A DNA stretch of 64,000 nucleotides from a virus (IMGVR_UViG_3300032330_001742:32001-96000), one strand, 5' to 3'. Shown: positions 37,864-46,611, counted from the first letter of the stretch. Translations and numbers: made by a program. The notes: generated by a model not told the origin, from the sequence alone.

Positions 37864-38287
37864 ATGCTTTCTCTACTTCCTCTAGTTGTTCGGGGGTTGC
37901 ACATTCAGGGCAGCATTCGAAGTCATAGAACTTCTCATTAATTAGTTGGCCATCATCTTCAATCTCAGCACCGCAGCCTTCGCAGTAGTACCAATAGGAA
38001 CTAACTTTGATTTGAATGGTAGTATCAGCGGGACAAGGGACCTCAGTAATGAAGTAACCAATACGATTAACAAAAGACCAACCATTCCAAACATAACTAC
38101 CACCATCATCGCCATCGCCATAAGTCCAGATATAAGAACCATCTTGCTCCTTTACAAAAGCAACTTCGTCGCCATATGTTTCAAACATTGCTCCATCAAA
38201 TGAGGCATTTGTATCTATATGGTTTTGAATAGGCTTGTATACATCACACCATTCATCAAAATCCATTTCAATAAATGTATCAGGCAT
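37856..38287 (-). CDS. hypothetical protein with C-terminal zinc ribbon
   Basis: MFETYGDE, FVNRIGYFITE, CEGC..CPEC. Confidence 0.7.
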   Translation of the reverse strand: MPDTFIEMDFDEWCDVYKPIQNHIDTNASFDGAMFETYGDEVAFVKEQDGSYIWTYGDGDDGGSYVWNGWSFVNRIGYFITEVPCPADTTIQIKVSSYWYYCEGCGAEIEDDGQLINEKFYDFECCPECATPEQLEEVEKAYA

Positions 38288-39015
38288 TTGCGTATCTGTC
38301 CTTTACTTCTAGTAGGATTAGGTCTACATATTCTACAGCACCCTCTAGATAATTATATATTGGGTCTGCTCCATCTGCAAGTTCAAGGCGTTCTTCTAAC
38401 TCATTTTTTTCATTCTCAATATAGTTAATGATACCCTCGATAAAATTAATAGCGTCGTCACGTTCACATGTGCCACATTGGGCTGTTTCATCATTTGTAT
38501 AAGTTATGCTACAGCCACAACCTGCACACCATGATTCATCATGCATGCCCATTAGAGTTCCTCGATATCATTTTGGTCAACAATAGCGATTGGTGGATTG
38601 TATGCTTCTCCATATACTATTGCATATGCCATACCTAATCCTTCTGCATACCCTTGCGCTTCTGTACGTTCCATAGATTTCATTGCGTCTGAGTATCCGT
38701 CCTCTGCTTCCTCTGTAGCGATTTCATTAAAATCACTCCAAGCATTGGTAATCATTGTCTGTAGTGCTTCTTGTGGGTTCATTGGGTCTCCTCTATGTGT
38801 TTTCTGTCTATAGATAAATTATATGTCATAGCGTACATATTTGTCAAGGCTTCCATATAACCCTCAAGGAATCGATCAGGGTTATCTTTCATAGCCTCTT
38901 GGCACTCTAGCATTTCTACTTTAAGGTGTCCATGCATTAAATCAATTAATGGGATAGTTATATCTTCCAAACCTTTTATTAAATGTTCGGGGATGAAGGG
39001 ATACTTATCGCTCAT
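38280..39015 (-). CDS. three coupled small hypothetical ORFs (38280-38552, 38552-38782, 38779-39015)
   Basis: Overlapping stop/start codons; shared Y.EG helical motif. Confidence 0.6.
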
Positions 39016-39166
39016 CTAATACTCCTAATATATGATTAAGAGCATACTGTTGTCCATTAAGGTGGATGATAGAATCTCTATCTCCGTCAGGTACCTTATC
39101 ATAGTCTTGTTGGACACTGATAAGATGTATTTTTATATATTCTTTTAGTGTGTTTAGGTCCATATA

Positions 39167-39382
39167 TTAATTATAGGGGTTTGAGTTGATTTTTACAAGG
39201 TTTGAAGGTGTGATACTAATCACAGGAGCCATCTGCTCAGGTTCTACGGCGGTACGGGTAACGAAGGTATCAATACCACATACACAGCCTGGATCCATCA
39301 CGGGAGCCTTATTAGTAATAACCTCAATAAGAGAGTCACACTCAGTACATAGATAACTATACTTAGTCCACATATTATTCAT
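39167..39382 (-). CDS. small zinc-ribbon protein
   Basis: CTECD...CVC. Confidence 0.55.
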   Translation of the reverse strand: MNNMWTKYSYLCTECDSLIEVITNKAPVMDPGCVCGIDTFVTRTAVEPEQMAPVISITPSNLVKINSNPYN

Positions 39383-39685
39383 CCCAATACTTTACAACAG
39401 TTCTAATGGTAGTATGGATATGGCAATCACAGTCTTCTGTGGCTTGATCAAAATGTTCTAAATTATCCTCATAAATGAGAGTAACTAATTCGTCTATAGT
39501 ATAAGGTTTGTATGTTTGGGTCATACATTAATTCTACCCTAAACCTGGCAAAAATACAAGTCCATCGTAATTAAATTTTGGTTTGACATTTTGGGAAATA
39601 TATGCCGACCTTCGTAATTGATTTTGATCATGACATTTTTAGCCGACCCGCATTTTTATGCATTGGCTTGCATATTTATTTATTG

Positions 39686-39759
39686 CGATTCCGACGGGAC
39701 TTGAACCCGCAACCTCTACCGTGACAGGGTAGCGATCTAACCAATTGATCTACGGAATC
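39686..39759 (-). tRNA. tRNA-Asp(GUC)
   Basis: GATTCCG/CGGAATC-G; CTACC-CTGTCAC-GGTAG; T loop TTCAAGT. Confidence 0.93.
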
Positions 39760-39762
39760 GTG

Positions 39763-39789
39763 TGAGCAGTTTTACATCATGCTCAGGAT
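39763..39789 (-). ncRNA. repeated H-type pseudoknot motif, copy 1
   Basis: ATC-CTGAGCAT-GAT-GTAAAAC-TGCTCA. Confidence 0.6.
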
Positions 39790-39795
39790 TTTGTG

Positions 39796-40818
39796 TTATG
39801 CGATTTGCATAACGTTTTGTACAACTTTAAGCAAACGATTCTTCTCTGCGTTAATTGCAGGGTCAAATCCACTTGCAGATGCTAACATGCTTTCATTGTT
39901 ACCACCACGTGCAGAGCGATACCAATCAAGGCGTTCTGTAAGTGCATTAAATGCACCCCATGCGTTACCAGCAATCATACCATTAAATTCACCTGTGTAG
40001 ATGTCGTTAATTGTATCGATTTTGTTTTCCCACTTAGTTAGCGCACCCTTTGCATCTTTTTCAGGCTTTGGGTATGCAGCGAGAATGATGTCATTGAAAG
40101 ACTTAGCATTTACTTCTTTTTCAAAAAGTGCTTTAGCCATAACATCGAATTCGTCCATGTAAGCATTAGCAAGACCAAGAGTCTCACGTGCAATTTGAAC
40201 TTTTCCATTTGCTGTCTGTGTGTGGCGAATCTTGAATGATTGCTTGATATTCTTATTCTTCTTGCGACCAACGCCACCAAGAGCAAGATTAAGAGTATTA
40301 GCGCAAACAACACGAACAGGTGTGATGCTTGCTTGAATTGCGATTGAGCCATCGTGTGATGTGTTGATGAGCAAATAAGTTTTTACCTTATCTGCAACAC
40401 CGCTAGGGTCTAGAACTGTCTCACGCTCAAGAGCAAGAGAGCCAAATACTACACGCCCACCCTTGATTGAACCAGCAGTTTCCCAACGTCCACCACCATC
40501 GAGAATGTTATCACCAAATGAAAATAAATCTTCATTCTGCAATGGGTGATAGCGTTCACCAACGATTCCCAAAATATCTGTCTGGGTGTTATCTGTAGGG
40601 TTAGTACGCAAAACGTACTGATACGCCTTGTCGCTTGTTAGATGTGATGGGGCTTCTAAATCTTCAAGACGAACATTCCAACCATTAAGATTTGCTGCTT
40701 CGAGCATTTCTGTGGTAGACTTTTCTTCTGTGAAGACTGTACCCAATCCATGCCATGCAGGCTCACGAAATGATGCAAAAGATGCTACGCCATTTTGTGT
40801 TTCGAGGTCATGTGCCAT
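39796..40818 (-). CDS. DUF932 (phage/plasmid-like) protein
   Basis: REPAWHGLG, WETAGSIKGGRVVF, SHDGS, TPVRVVCANTL. Confidence 0.9.
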   Translation of the reverse strand: MAHDLETQNGVASFASFREPAWHGLGTVFTEEKSTTEMLEAANLNGWNVRLEDLEAPSHLTSDKAYQYVLRTNPTDNTQTDILGIVGERYHPLQNEDLFSFGDNILDGGGRWETAGSIKGGRVVFGSLALERETVLDPSGVADKVKTYLLINTSHDGSIAIQASITPVRVVCANTLNLALGGVGRKKNKNIKQSFKIRHTQTANGKVQIARETLGLANAYMDEFDVMAKALFEKEVNAKSFNDIILAAYPKPEKDAKGALTKWENKIDTINDIYTGEFNGMIAGNAWGAFNALTERLDWYRSARGGNNESMLASASGFDPAINAEKNRLLKVVQNVMQIA

Positions 40819-40937
40819 GAGTTTCCTTCTTTCTGTTGTTGTTAATATAAGTATACATGCGCCCACTGACAATGTCAAATAGGCTACGTAATGATTGGGG
40901 CAATTCAGACATTTCTTAAAGGTGATCTTAAACACAG

Positions 40938-40953
40938 TGTGATATTGATCACA
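40938..40953. promoter_or_regulatory. CRP/GlxR-type palindrome (one of five perfect copies)
   Basis: TGTGA-TATTGA-TCACA; the others start at 39209, 42686, 43947 and 45296. Confidence 0.7.
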
Positions 40954-40986
40954 TGGGGCCGACTCAAAATTTTAAGGTTTTTAGAG

Positions 40987-41015
40987 GGGCCAGTTTTAAT
41001 TCATGGCCCAGGAAT
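40987..41015 (-). ncRNA. repeated pseudoknot motif, copy 2
   Basis: ATTC-CTGGGCCAT-GAAT-TAAAAC-TGGCCC. Confidence 0.6.
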
Positions 41016-41034
41016 TTGTTTAGTAGTCCCCCTA

Positions 41035-41445
41035 CTAAAAATCAATTCTGTCGACTGTAGCGCTAAGCCACGTGATGTTGTCAGAATTATAAGATACAGA
41101 TTCAAAATCGATATCGTTAACAATTGATTCTACATCTTCGTCATATGGCACCTGAACTGTAACGTTGTAAGTAACTGAGACCTCAACTTCAACTTCCTTG
41201 GTAAGTTCAAAGCCCATTATTTCTGCAATTTCATTTGCTTGGTTTTCTGTAATTGCATCACGTTCTAGTTCTGCTAGCGTCCAGTGTTGCATGCCCTCTA
41301 CCATACGGTTACGGTCCGCTGAATCAGAATATGAACGTTGGTTTAACCGCTGAATGAATTCATCCTTAGATGTAATTGACTCCTGCAGTGCAGTGATTTG
41401 TGTTTTGAGAAACTCTTCTGTTGCATTTACTATTGTTTGGTCCAT
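41035..41445 (-). CDS. hypothetical protein
   Basis: MDQTIVNATEEF..., downstream of a TTGACA/TACAAT promoter. Confidence 0.65.
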   Translation of the reverse strand: MDQTIVNATEEFLKTQITALQESITSKDEFIQRLNQRSYSDSADRNRMVEGMQHWTLAELERDAITENQANEIAEIMGFELTKEVEVEVSVTYNVTVQVPYDEDVESIVNDIDFESVSYNSDNITWLSATVDRIDF

Positions 41446-41522
41446 GGGGGGCCTGCTTTCTGTTAGTTTGTTTATATTAATTGTACTCGTGGCCACTGAC
41501 ATTTGTCAAGGACCCCTTAGGG

Positions 41523-41549
41523 TGAGCCTTTTTGGATCGTGCTCAGGAT
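41523..41549 (-). ncRNA. repeated pseudoknot motif, copy 3
   Basis: ATC-CTGAGCAC-GAT-CCAAAAAG-GCTCA. Confidence 0.55.
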
Positions 41550-41688
41550 GTCTGCTTCTTTAGGGCTGCAGTACCCTTGCTCTATAGTATTTCTATAATC
41601 GCCCTAATCAGCCTGGCGAATAATGAGAGTTCTTACTTACGACATTGGGCGAGAACACTCTCTAAACTGCCCCTGTTTCGTTATTTAG

Positions 41689-42111
41689 TTATAGGTAACG
41701 AGCAACTGCTTGATAAGTAGAAGTCGAAACTGTTTCCTCATCTGTCATCTGCAAGATACGGATTGCGTTAGAGATTTCCTCTTTTTGCTCACGATAGTTA
41801 TAGATAGAGATTGACTCAAAATCCTTTACAGGCTCTTTAGGCAATTCCTTTTCTGCAACTGTGATGTCGAAGTCAATGTTTAACTGATTGTTCCAAGAAC
41901 GATAGTTAGTGCGGAAGTTTTCTGCCTTCTTGATGTTTGCTACTGCATAATCAACAAGTTCCTTCTGCCAAGCCTTACGAGCCTTTTCATACTTAGCCTC
42001 GTTTGCTTCTTGTGATGTGTAATCAAGTTCTAACTTTGCTAGTGCGCCTTCTAGTGCCTTGATAACCTTTGGTGTTGCCACCTTTACTGAGATTGCTTTG
42101 CTTCGTGCCAT
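41689..42111 (-). CDS. hypothetical protein
   Basis: 140-aa ORF with an AAGGAAA SD. Confidence 0.7.
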   Translation of the reverse strand: MARSKAISVKVATPKVIKALEGALAKLELDYTSQEANEAKYEKARKAWQKELVDYAVANIKKAENFRTNYRSWNNQLNIDFDITVAEKELPKEPVKDFESISIYNYREQKEEISNAIRILQMTDEETVSTSTYQAVARYL

Positions 42112-42148
42112 TTGGGTCTGTTTCCTTTTCTATTAGTTGGGGGGTGAG

Positions 42149-42180
42149 TGAGTAGTTTAATTATCTCATACTCAGGAGAT
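42149..42180 (-). ncRNA. repeated pseudoknot motif, copy 4
   Basis: ATCTC-CTGAGTAT-GAGAT-AATTAAAC-TACTCA. Confidence 0.6.
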
Positions 42181-42190
42181 TTTTGTCAAT

Positions 42191-42358
42191 TTACTTTGCT
42201 GTCCAAGTTGTGTAACGAGGCTTTCCATCAACATCAAGTTTTACACGAACACTCTGTCCGTTCTTGTTTGGTGTGATTTCAAGAATTGTTCCTGTTACCT
42301 TTGACTTCTGTGTTGTGAACAAGTCGCCAACCTTGTAAGTTGCTGTATTTACTGCCAT
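42191..42358 (-). CDS. small SH3/KOW-like beta protein
   Basis: MAVNTATYKVGDLFTTQKSKVTGTILEI...; below the ORF-track cutoff. Confidence 0.65.
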   Translation of the reverse strand: MAVNTATYKVGDLFTTQKSKVTGTILEITPNKNGQSVRVKLDVDGKPRYTTWTAK

Positions 42359-42431
42359 TTGTTTATTTCCTTTTCTGTTAGGGGTTTTTGCTTACTGTAT
42401 TAGTTTAACATTTTTTGGGGAAAATGTCAAA

Positions 42432-42602
42432 TTACTTAGAGGTCTTAACCATAGCCAAACGGCGTGAGCCATTTGCCAAGACTAGGCTAACTCTGGTAAC
42501 CTTGTTACTGATTGGTGAGAAACCTGCGATACGACCTGTAACGCCTGTTTTGCTTGTTGTGAACAAGTCACCAATTTGGTATGTGTATCCTGAGATTGTC
42601 AT
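42432..42602 (-). CDS. small SH3/KOW-like beta protein, paralog of 42191
   Basis: MTISGYTYQIGDLFTTSKTGVTGRIAGF... Confidence 0.65.
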   Translation of the reverse strand: MTISGYTYQIGDLFTTSKTGVTGRIAGFSPISNKVTRVSLVLANGSRRLAMVKTSK

Positions 42603-42832
42603 AGGGGTCTTGCCTTTCTGTTTGGGTTATAGTTTAATTCTACACTAAAAATGTCAAAAATACCAATCTAAGTGGCATTTTTGGGTGTGATAAAACTCAC
42701 ATCTTAAACAGCGTGTCGTAACTTGACAAGATCAAGATTTTGCGCCGACCCCATTTTCGGGGACTTATCAAGTCATTGAATTAAAAATAAATAAAATATT
42801 AAGAGTGCAAGCATTAACCAGTACATGTTAAC

Positions 42833-43579
42833 TCATTTCTTACTCGCAGAAAATACAATGTCTGCTTTAGAGTATACACACAATGAACAAAAAACGCAAG
42901 CGCTACCTGCAGTGCTAATAAGTGGAATTGCTTTTTTATTTTCAGGACACTTAGCACCAGGCTTACCAATCATTTCTTTCATGTCTGCTTGACCTATTGC
43001 GAAATTCTTAGCAAGGTATGCAAGGCGAACACCATTTTTAATTTTAAGGTCAACACCTACTTTTACATTTTCGCTATCAGTACTAAAATAAAGAGACAGG
43101 TTAGGAATGTCTTTTAAGATAAGTGCTGCAGACTTAACACGTGTATATACCCAGAATTGAATATCAGGTTGTTCTTCAATAACCATACGCCATGCGTTGG
43201 TATAGTCATCGTTAAAGAAATCTCCGTCCCAGTGAATGCGAAATAGCATAGGGGCGTCTTTCTTTACACAATCAGTTTTAAACTCAGCAATCATTTCTGA
43301 AAGTAGAGTGTACATCGTCTGCAGATCTGAATCTTTAAGTAGGTCCCAGTTATGCAATAGGTTAGTTTTTACACCCTTGAATAGTTTTTCCAATTTGCCT
43401 GCATAGCAAACACTTTCGCAGACAGACGTAGCGCCAGGACATGAATAGTCTTTTCCTGCAGGTAATCCGAACGTATTAGCAATTGCGGCTTGCTTTCCAT
43501 TTTTTGTGACAAGGTTAGCCACCTTTCTATCATTAGAGCGTTTTAATTTAAGTGTAAGTGTATTAGTAGTCAAGGCCAA
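42833..43579 (-). CDS. mycobacteriophage gp88-like (radical-SAM-like) protein
   Basis: FGLPAG..SCPGATSVCESVCYA, FRIHWDGDF, FWVYTR. Confidence 0.75.
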   Translation of the reverse strand: MALTTNTLTLKLKRSNDRKVANLVTKNGKQAAIANTFGLPAGKDYSCPGATSVCESVCYAGKLEKLFKGVKTNLLHNWDLLKDSDLQTMYTLLSEMIAEFKTDCVKKDAPMLFRIHWDGDFFNDDYTNAWRMVIEEQPDIQFWVYTRVKSAALILKDIPNLSLYFSTDSENVKVGVDLKIKNGVRLAYLAKNFAIGQADMKEMIGKPGAKCPENKKAIPLISTAGSACVFCSLCVYSKADIVFSASKK

Positions 43580-44013
43580 GACTCATTTCTAGAGCAATGT
43601 CTTCATTATAGGTTGCGGACATTTCTTCTAGCAAGCAATGAGTGCACATTTCTTCTACTTCATCCACAGCATTTTCATGACATGAAGGACAGGTTGTTGC
43701 GTAGTATTCGTCATAGAATTCATCTGCGATATTTCCCATGGGGCTATTCTCCTTTTTGTTGATATTTATATTGTAGCATTTGTGACTGACATTTTCTACC
43801 CTTGCGAGTATATGCCTTTTTAGAGGGCACAGCGGAAGCAGCGTTAGACCTACGTAACTCCATGAGTCTACGTAATTCTTCTTCTGTTTTCTTTTGCGTC
43901 ATATAACTATCCTAACACATAGGGGAAAAAATGTCAACTTCTTAAATGTGATTAATCTCACATGCGACACGCCGTCGGAGTCGGCTTGCATTTTTATGCA
44001 GAGTGATGAATTT

Positions 44014-44235
44014 TTATTCTTCTATATCTTCATCATGCGGATAGTATAAATTAAATGTTGCGTAGTCATCAACTTCAATTAAATCTGATTCTTCATAGTT
44101 ATCTAAATACATTATTGCATAACCATCAGATAGTGGAGTAATGCCAACTACCTGCACAATTTCTCCATTGACTGAAATAAAATCATCAACTTCTAATTGA
44201 TCAACGTTGAGTGTATCTACTTTTTTGAAATCCAT
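44014..44235 (-). CDS. hypothetical acidic protein
   Basis: DQLEVDDFI. Confidence 0.55.
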   Translation of the reverse strand: MDFKKVDTLNVDQLEVDDFISVNGEIVQVVGITPLSDGYAIMYLDNYEESDLIEVDDYATFNLYYPHDEDIEE

Positions 44236-44259
44236 AGTTTTTATTCTATCACCCATTTT

Positions 44260-44550
44260 TTATTCCTCATCTTCTTCTGGGTTAATAAACCAATCAAGGT
44301 GGTGCTGTTCAATAATTGCCCACGCAGGTGCTTGCTTGCTACCCTTATAAGTAATTTGAAATTCACCAACCATTGGCATATCAATCATTCGATTAAAGTC
44401 TTCTTCATAGGCTGCATCAATAGCATCTATGCAAGGCTTCACCATTTCTGCGGGGACAGGTGGATAGTGATTACCTTTAAGGTGATAAAGTAACTGTGTT
44501 TCTAAATCAAGGACGCTATCTGCTAATCCAATTGCTGTAACTGAACCCAT
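44260..44550 (-). CDS. hypothetical protein
   Basis: HLKGNHYPPVP...IIEQHHL. Confidence 0.7.
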   Translation of the reverse strand: MGSVTAIGLADSVLDLETQLLYHLKGNHYPPVPAEMVKPCIDAIDAAYEEDFNRMIDMPMVGEFQITYKGSKQAPAWAIIEQHHLDWFINPEEDEE

Positions 44551-44551
44551 A

Positions 44552-44761
44552 TTATTTCACGCTCACATTTCCGTTGCGGTAGAAAGTCTTAGTGTACATC
44601 TTGCCAGTAGGGTCTGACAAGTTATAGGTTGCATATTCTTTAGCGTCACCAAAGTCTACACACTTATTCCATGCAGATACCATTTCAAGCATATCTGCAC
44701 TTCGTGTTGTTGATACAAGTTCTCCGTCATAGGAGATAGTTAGTGAGTAGTTATATTCCAT
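44552..44761 (-). CDS. hypothetical protein
   Basis: 69-aa ORF in the coupled leftward operon. Confidence 0.6.
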   Translation of the reverse strand: MEYNYSLTISYDGELVSTTRSADMLEMVSAWNKCVDFGDAKEYATYNLSDPTGKMYTKTFYRNGNVSVK

Positions 44762-44907
44762 TAGTTAGCCTCTTTCGTTGTAAATAGTGCACCCTCATTA
44801 AGTAAGCCTAATTCTAAATTAAACTTCTCATCTTCATTTGCTTGCGCTAAGTCTATCCAACCTGCGCCATCGTTGTCAATTCTAAATATTTCTACATATC
44901 CCATTAT

Positions 44908-45108
44908 TTATTCTCCTGTCTTTACTGCAATAGTGCGGAATGCGTATCCACCCATAGGCTTGCGTACTTCTACAAGATAACTTTCGCAATCTTGATACCA
45001 AACTGCATGAGGGTGCTTTTCTGCGGAGATAATTTCTCCTGTTAAAGTATTTGAGTAATACTGAGTTCCTACTAATAGGGACTCGATAGAGTAGACATTT
45101 GCTGACAT
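44908..45108 (-). CDS. hypothetical protein
   Basis: MSANVYSIESLL... Confidence 0.6.
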   Translation of the reverse strand: MSANVYSIESLLVGTQYYSNTLTGEIISAEKHPHAVWYQDCESYLVEVRKPMGGYAFRTIAVKTGE

Positions 45109-45355
45109 AGGGGTTACCTTCTTTTCTTTTGTTGATACTAGTATCCTATCAGATAGGGCTGACATTTCCTAAACGACACGCCGTAACGATAGAATCTTTC
45201 TTTATTTATTTTTTCTTACTATGTAAGTCTAGCCTATAATGTCAAAAATATCAACTTACTAGCGAGTATTCTTAAATAATGAGACGCTCAAACTGTGTGA
45301 GAAAAATCACATCGTACGTAAACCACGACACGCCCGAGTGCGTCGGCCCCAAAAA

Positions 45356-45382
45356 TGAGCAGTTTTAGATCATGCTCAGGAT
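45356..45382 (-). ncRNA. repeated pseudoknot motif, copy 5
   Basis: ATC-CTGAGCAT-GAT-CTAAAAC-TGCTCA. Confidence 0.6.
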
Positions 45383-45388
45383 TTTATT

Positions 45389-45541
45389 TTATTTTCGGGA
45401 ATCTAATTCGTTATAGAGTTCATTTAGTTCACGACGCAAATAAAAATTATCTACCATCGCATAACTGATAACAACAATTGAACCAATGAGTGCAATTAAC
45501 ACAGCCCATACAGTTCCTAAATCAAAATAGTATTTATCCAT
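45389..45541 (-). CDS. small membrane protein
   Basis: MDKYYFDLGTVWAVLIALIGSIVVISY. Confidence 0.55.
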   Translation of the reverse strand: MDKYYFDLGTVWAVLIALIGSIVVISYAMVDNFYLRRELNELYNELDSRK

Positions 45542-45713
45542 TTTTTTCACAAGCCTCTCTGAATTTTTCATAGTTAAAGTTTGGATTATCTGCAAAAAAC
45601 ATATCTCCAAAATCAGCGACCAAATCTTCAAAAACAACTTGGTCAATTAGATTTACATAGTCGTTAAGTAAATCAGCAACAGCGATAAAAGTTTTACGAG
45701 TATAAATTGCCAT
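45534..45713 (-). CDS. hypothetical protein
   Basis: MAIYTRKTFIAVADLL...FADNPNFNYEKFREAC; not in the ORF track. Confidence 0.6.
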   Translation of the reverse strand: MAIYTRKTFIAVADLLNDYVNLIDQVVFEDLVADFGDMFFADNPNFNYEKFREACEKNG

Positions 45714-45895
45714 TACTTAGCAACTCCTCTCAAAGTACCACGAACGCCAAGAGCATCGCAGGACATACGAACAGAAATACCAACAGGCAATTGCTGAGGG
45801 TATTGTGAAATAAATTGAGCAACTGCACCCTTAGAAGGCAAGTTGATTTTGGAAGTTGAACCTGTGAAGGTTTCTAGTGTTATAGTGTAAGTCAT
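45713..45895 (-). CDS. hypothetical protein, paralog of 47411
   Basis: ITLETFTG..SK..V..FI..Y...LPVG. Confidence 0.6.
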   Translation of the reverse strand: MTYTITLETFTGSTSKINLPSKGAVAQFISQYPQQLPVGISVRMSCDALGVRGTLRGVAK

Positions 45896-46139
45896 TTATT
45901 GACTACCTTTCTTTAGTTTGTTTATTAGGATAATTGTATCAGAGGGGACTGACATTTACAAGCAATTTATGCAATTGCATTGCTTAGAGCGTAGAAGGTA
46001 AGCAAGTACCTCTTTACGAGTGTAAGTATCTAGACCATATGAGGACTTTACTCCTCCGTTATGGTACTCGTGTACGATAGTAGAGAATAATTCTTCTGTT
46101 AGTGTAGTCATTTTAGACCACCTTTCTTTGTTTGTTTAT

Positions 46140-46360
46140 ATAATTATATTATAGCAGGGGGGTCTGACATTTAGGGGGGTACAAAACGGACATATGGGAT
46201 AAAGGGGATTGTGATGTACGTCATGTGGATAACTTAAGCGTAACTTAAGGGTGTGATGTGCATCATGTGGATAACTTGAGTCGGCTTTTTGTGGTGTAGA
46301 TCACATACAATATACGGCGTGTCGACTTGACTTTTTGACATTTCTGTGCTATACTTCTAG
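46140..46360. promoter_or_regulatory. divergent promoter hub with CRP-like sites, DnaA boxes and a GACAC box
   Basis: Leftward AATGTCAG-N7-TGCTATAAT; rightward TTGACT...TGCTATACT; TGTGGATAA at 46224 and 46266. Confidence 0.75.
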
Positions 46361-46611
46361 TATAAAGAAAATAAAGAAAGGAGTTCAAATGAACTCACTG
46401 TTTGAAAATAGAAATAACCTAGGCTCTGCCTTTCCTCTCACCCCTTGCGATACCTGCGGAGGTCTCACAGCATGGACACGATGTGTCATGTGCGGTGGAC
46501 AATTTGACCTCCATTGTCCACAAGGTAAGAACTATGTGGGCTAAATCACATAGAAAATGTCCGAATTGTCCGTGTCTAAACTTGACTTTTTGACATTTCT
46601 ATGCTATACTT
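46326..46611 (+). repeat. 31-bp duplicated promoter
   Basis: CTTGACTTTTTGACATTTCT(G/A)TGCTATACTT at 46326 and 46581. Confidence 0.85.
46389..46544 (+). CDS. small zinc-finger protein
   Basis: CDTCGG..CVMCGG; AAGGAG SD. Confidence 0.55.
   Translation: MNSLFENRNNLGSAFPLTPCDTCGGLTAWTRCVMCGGQFDLHCPQGKNYVG

Noticed and set aside
41615-41672. HDV-like/theta ribozyme
   Set aside because: Only about 7 nt lie between the putative P2 and P1 strands, too short for P3/L3; kept only as a generic pseudoknot
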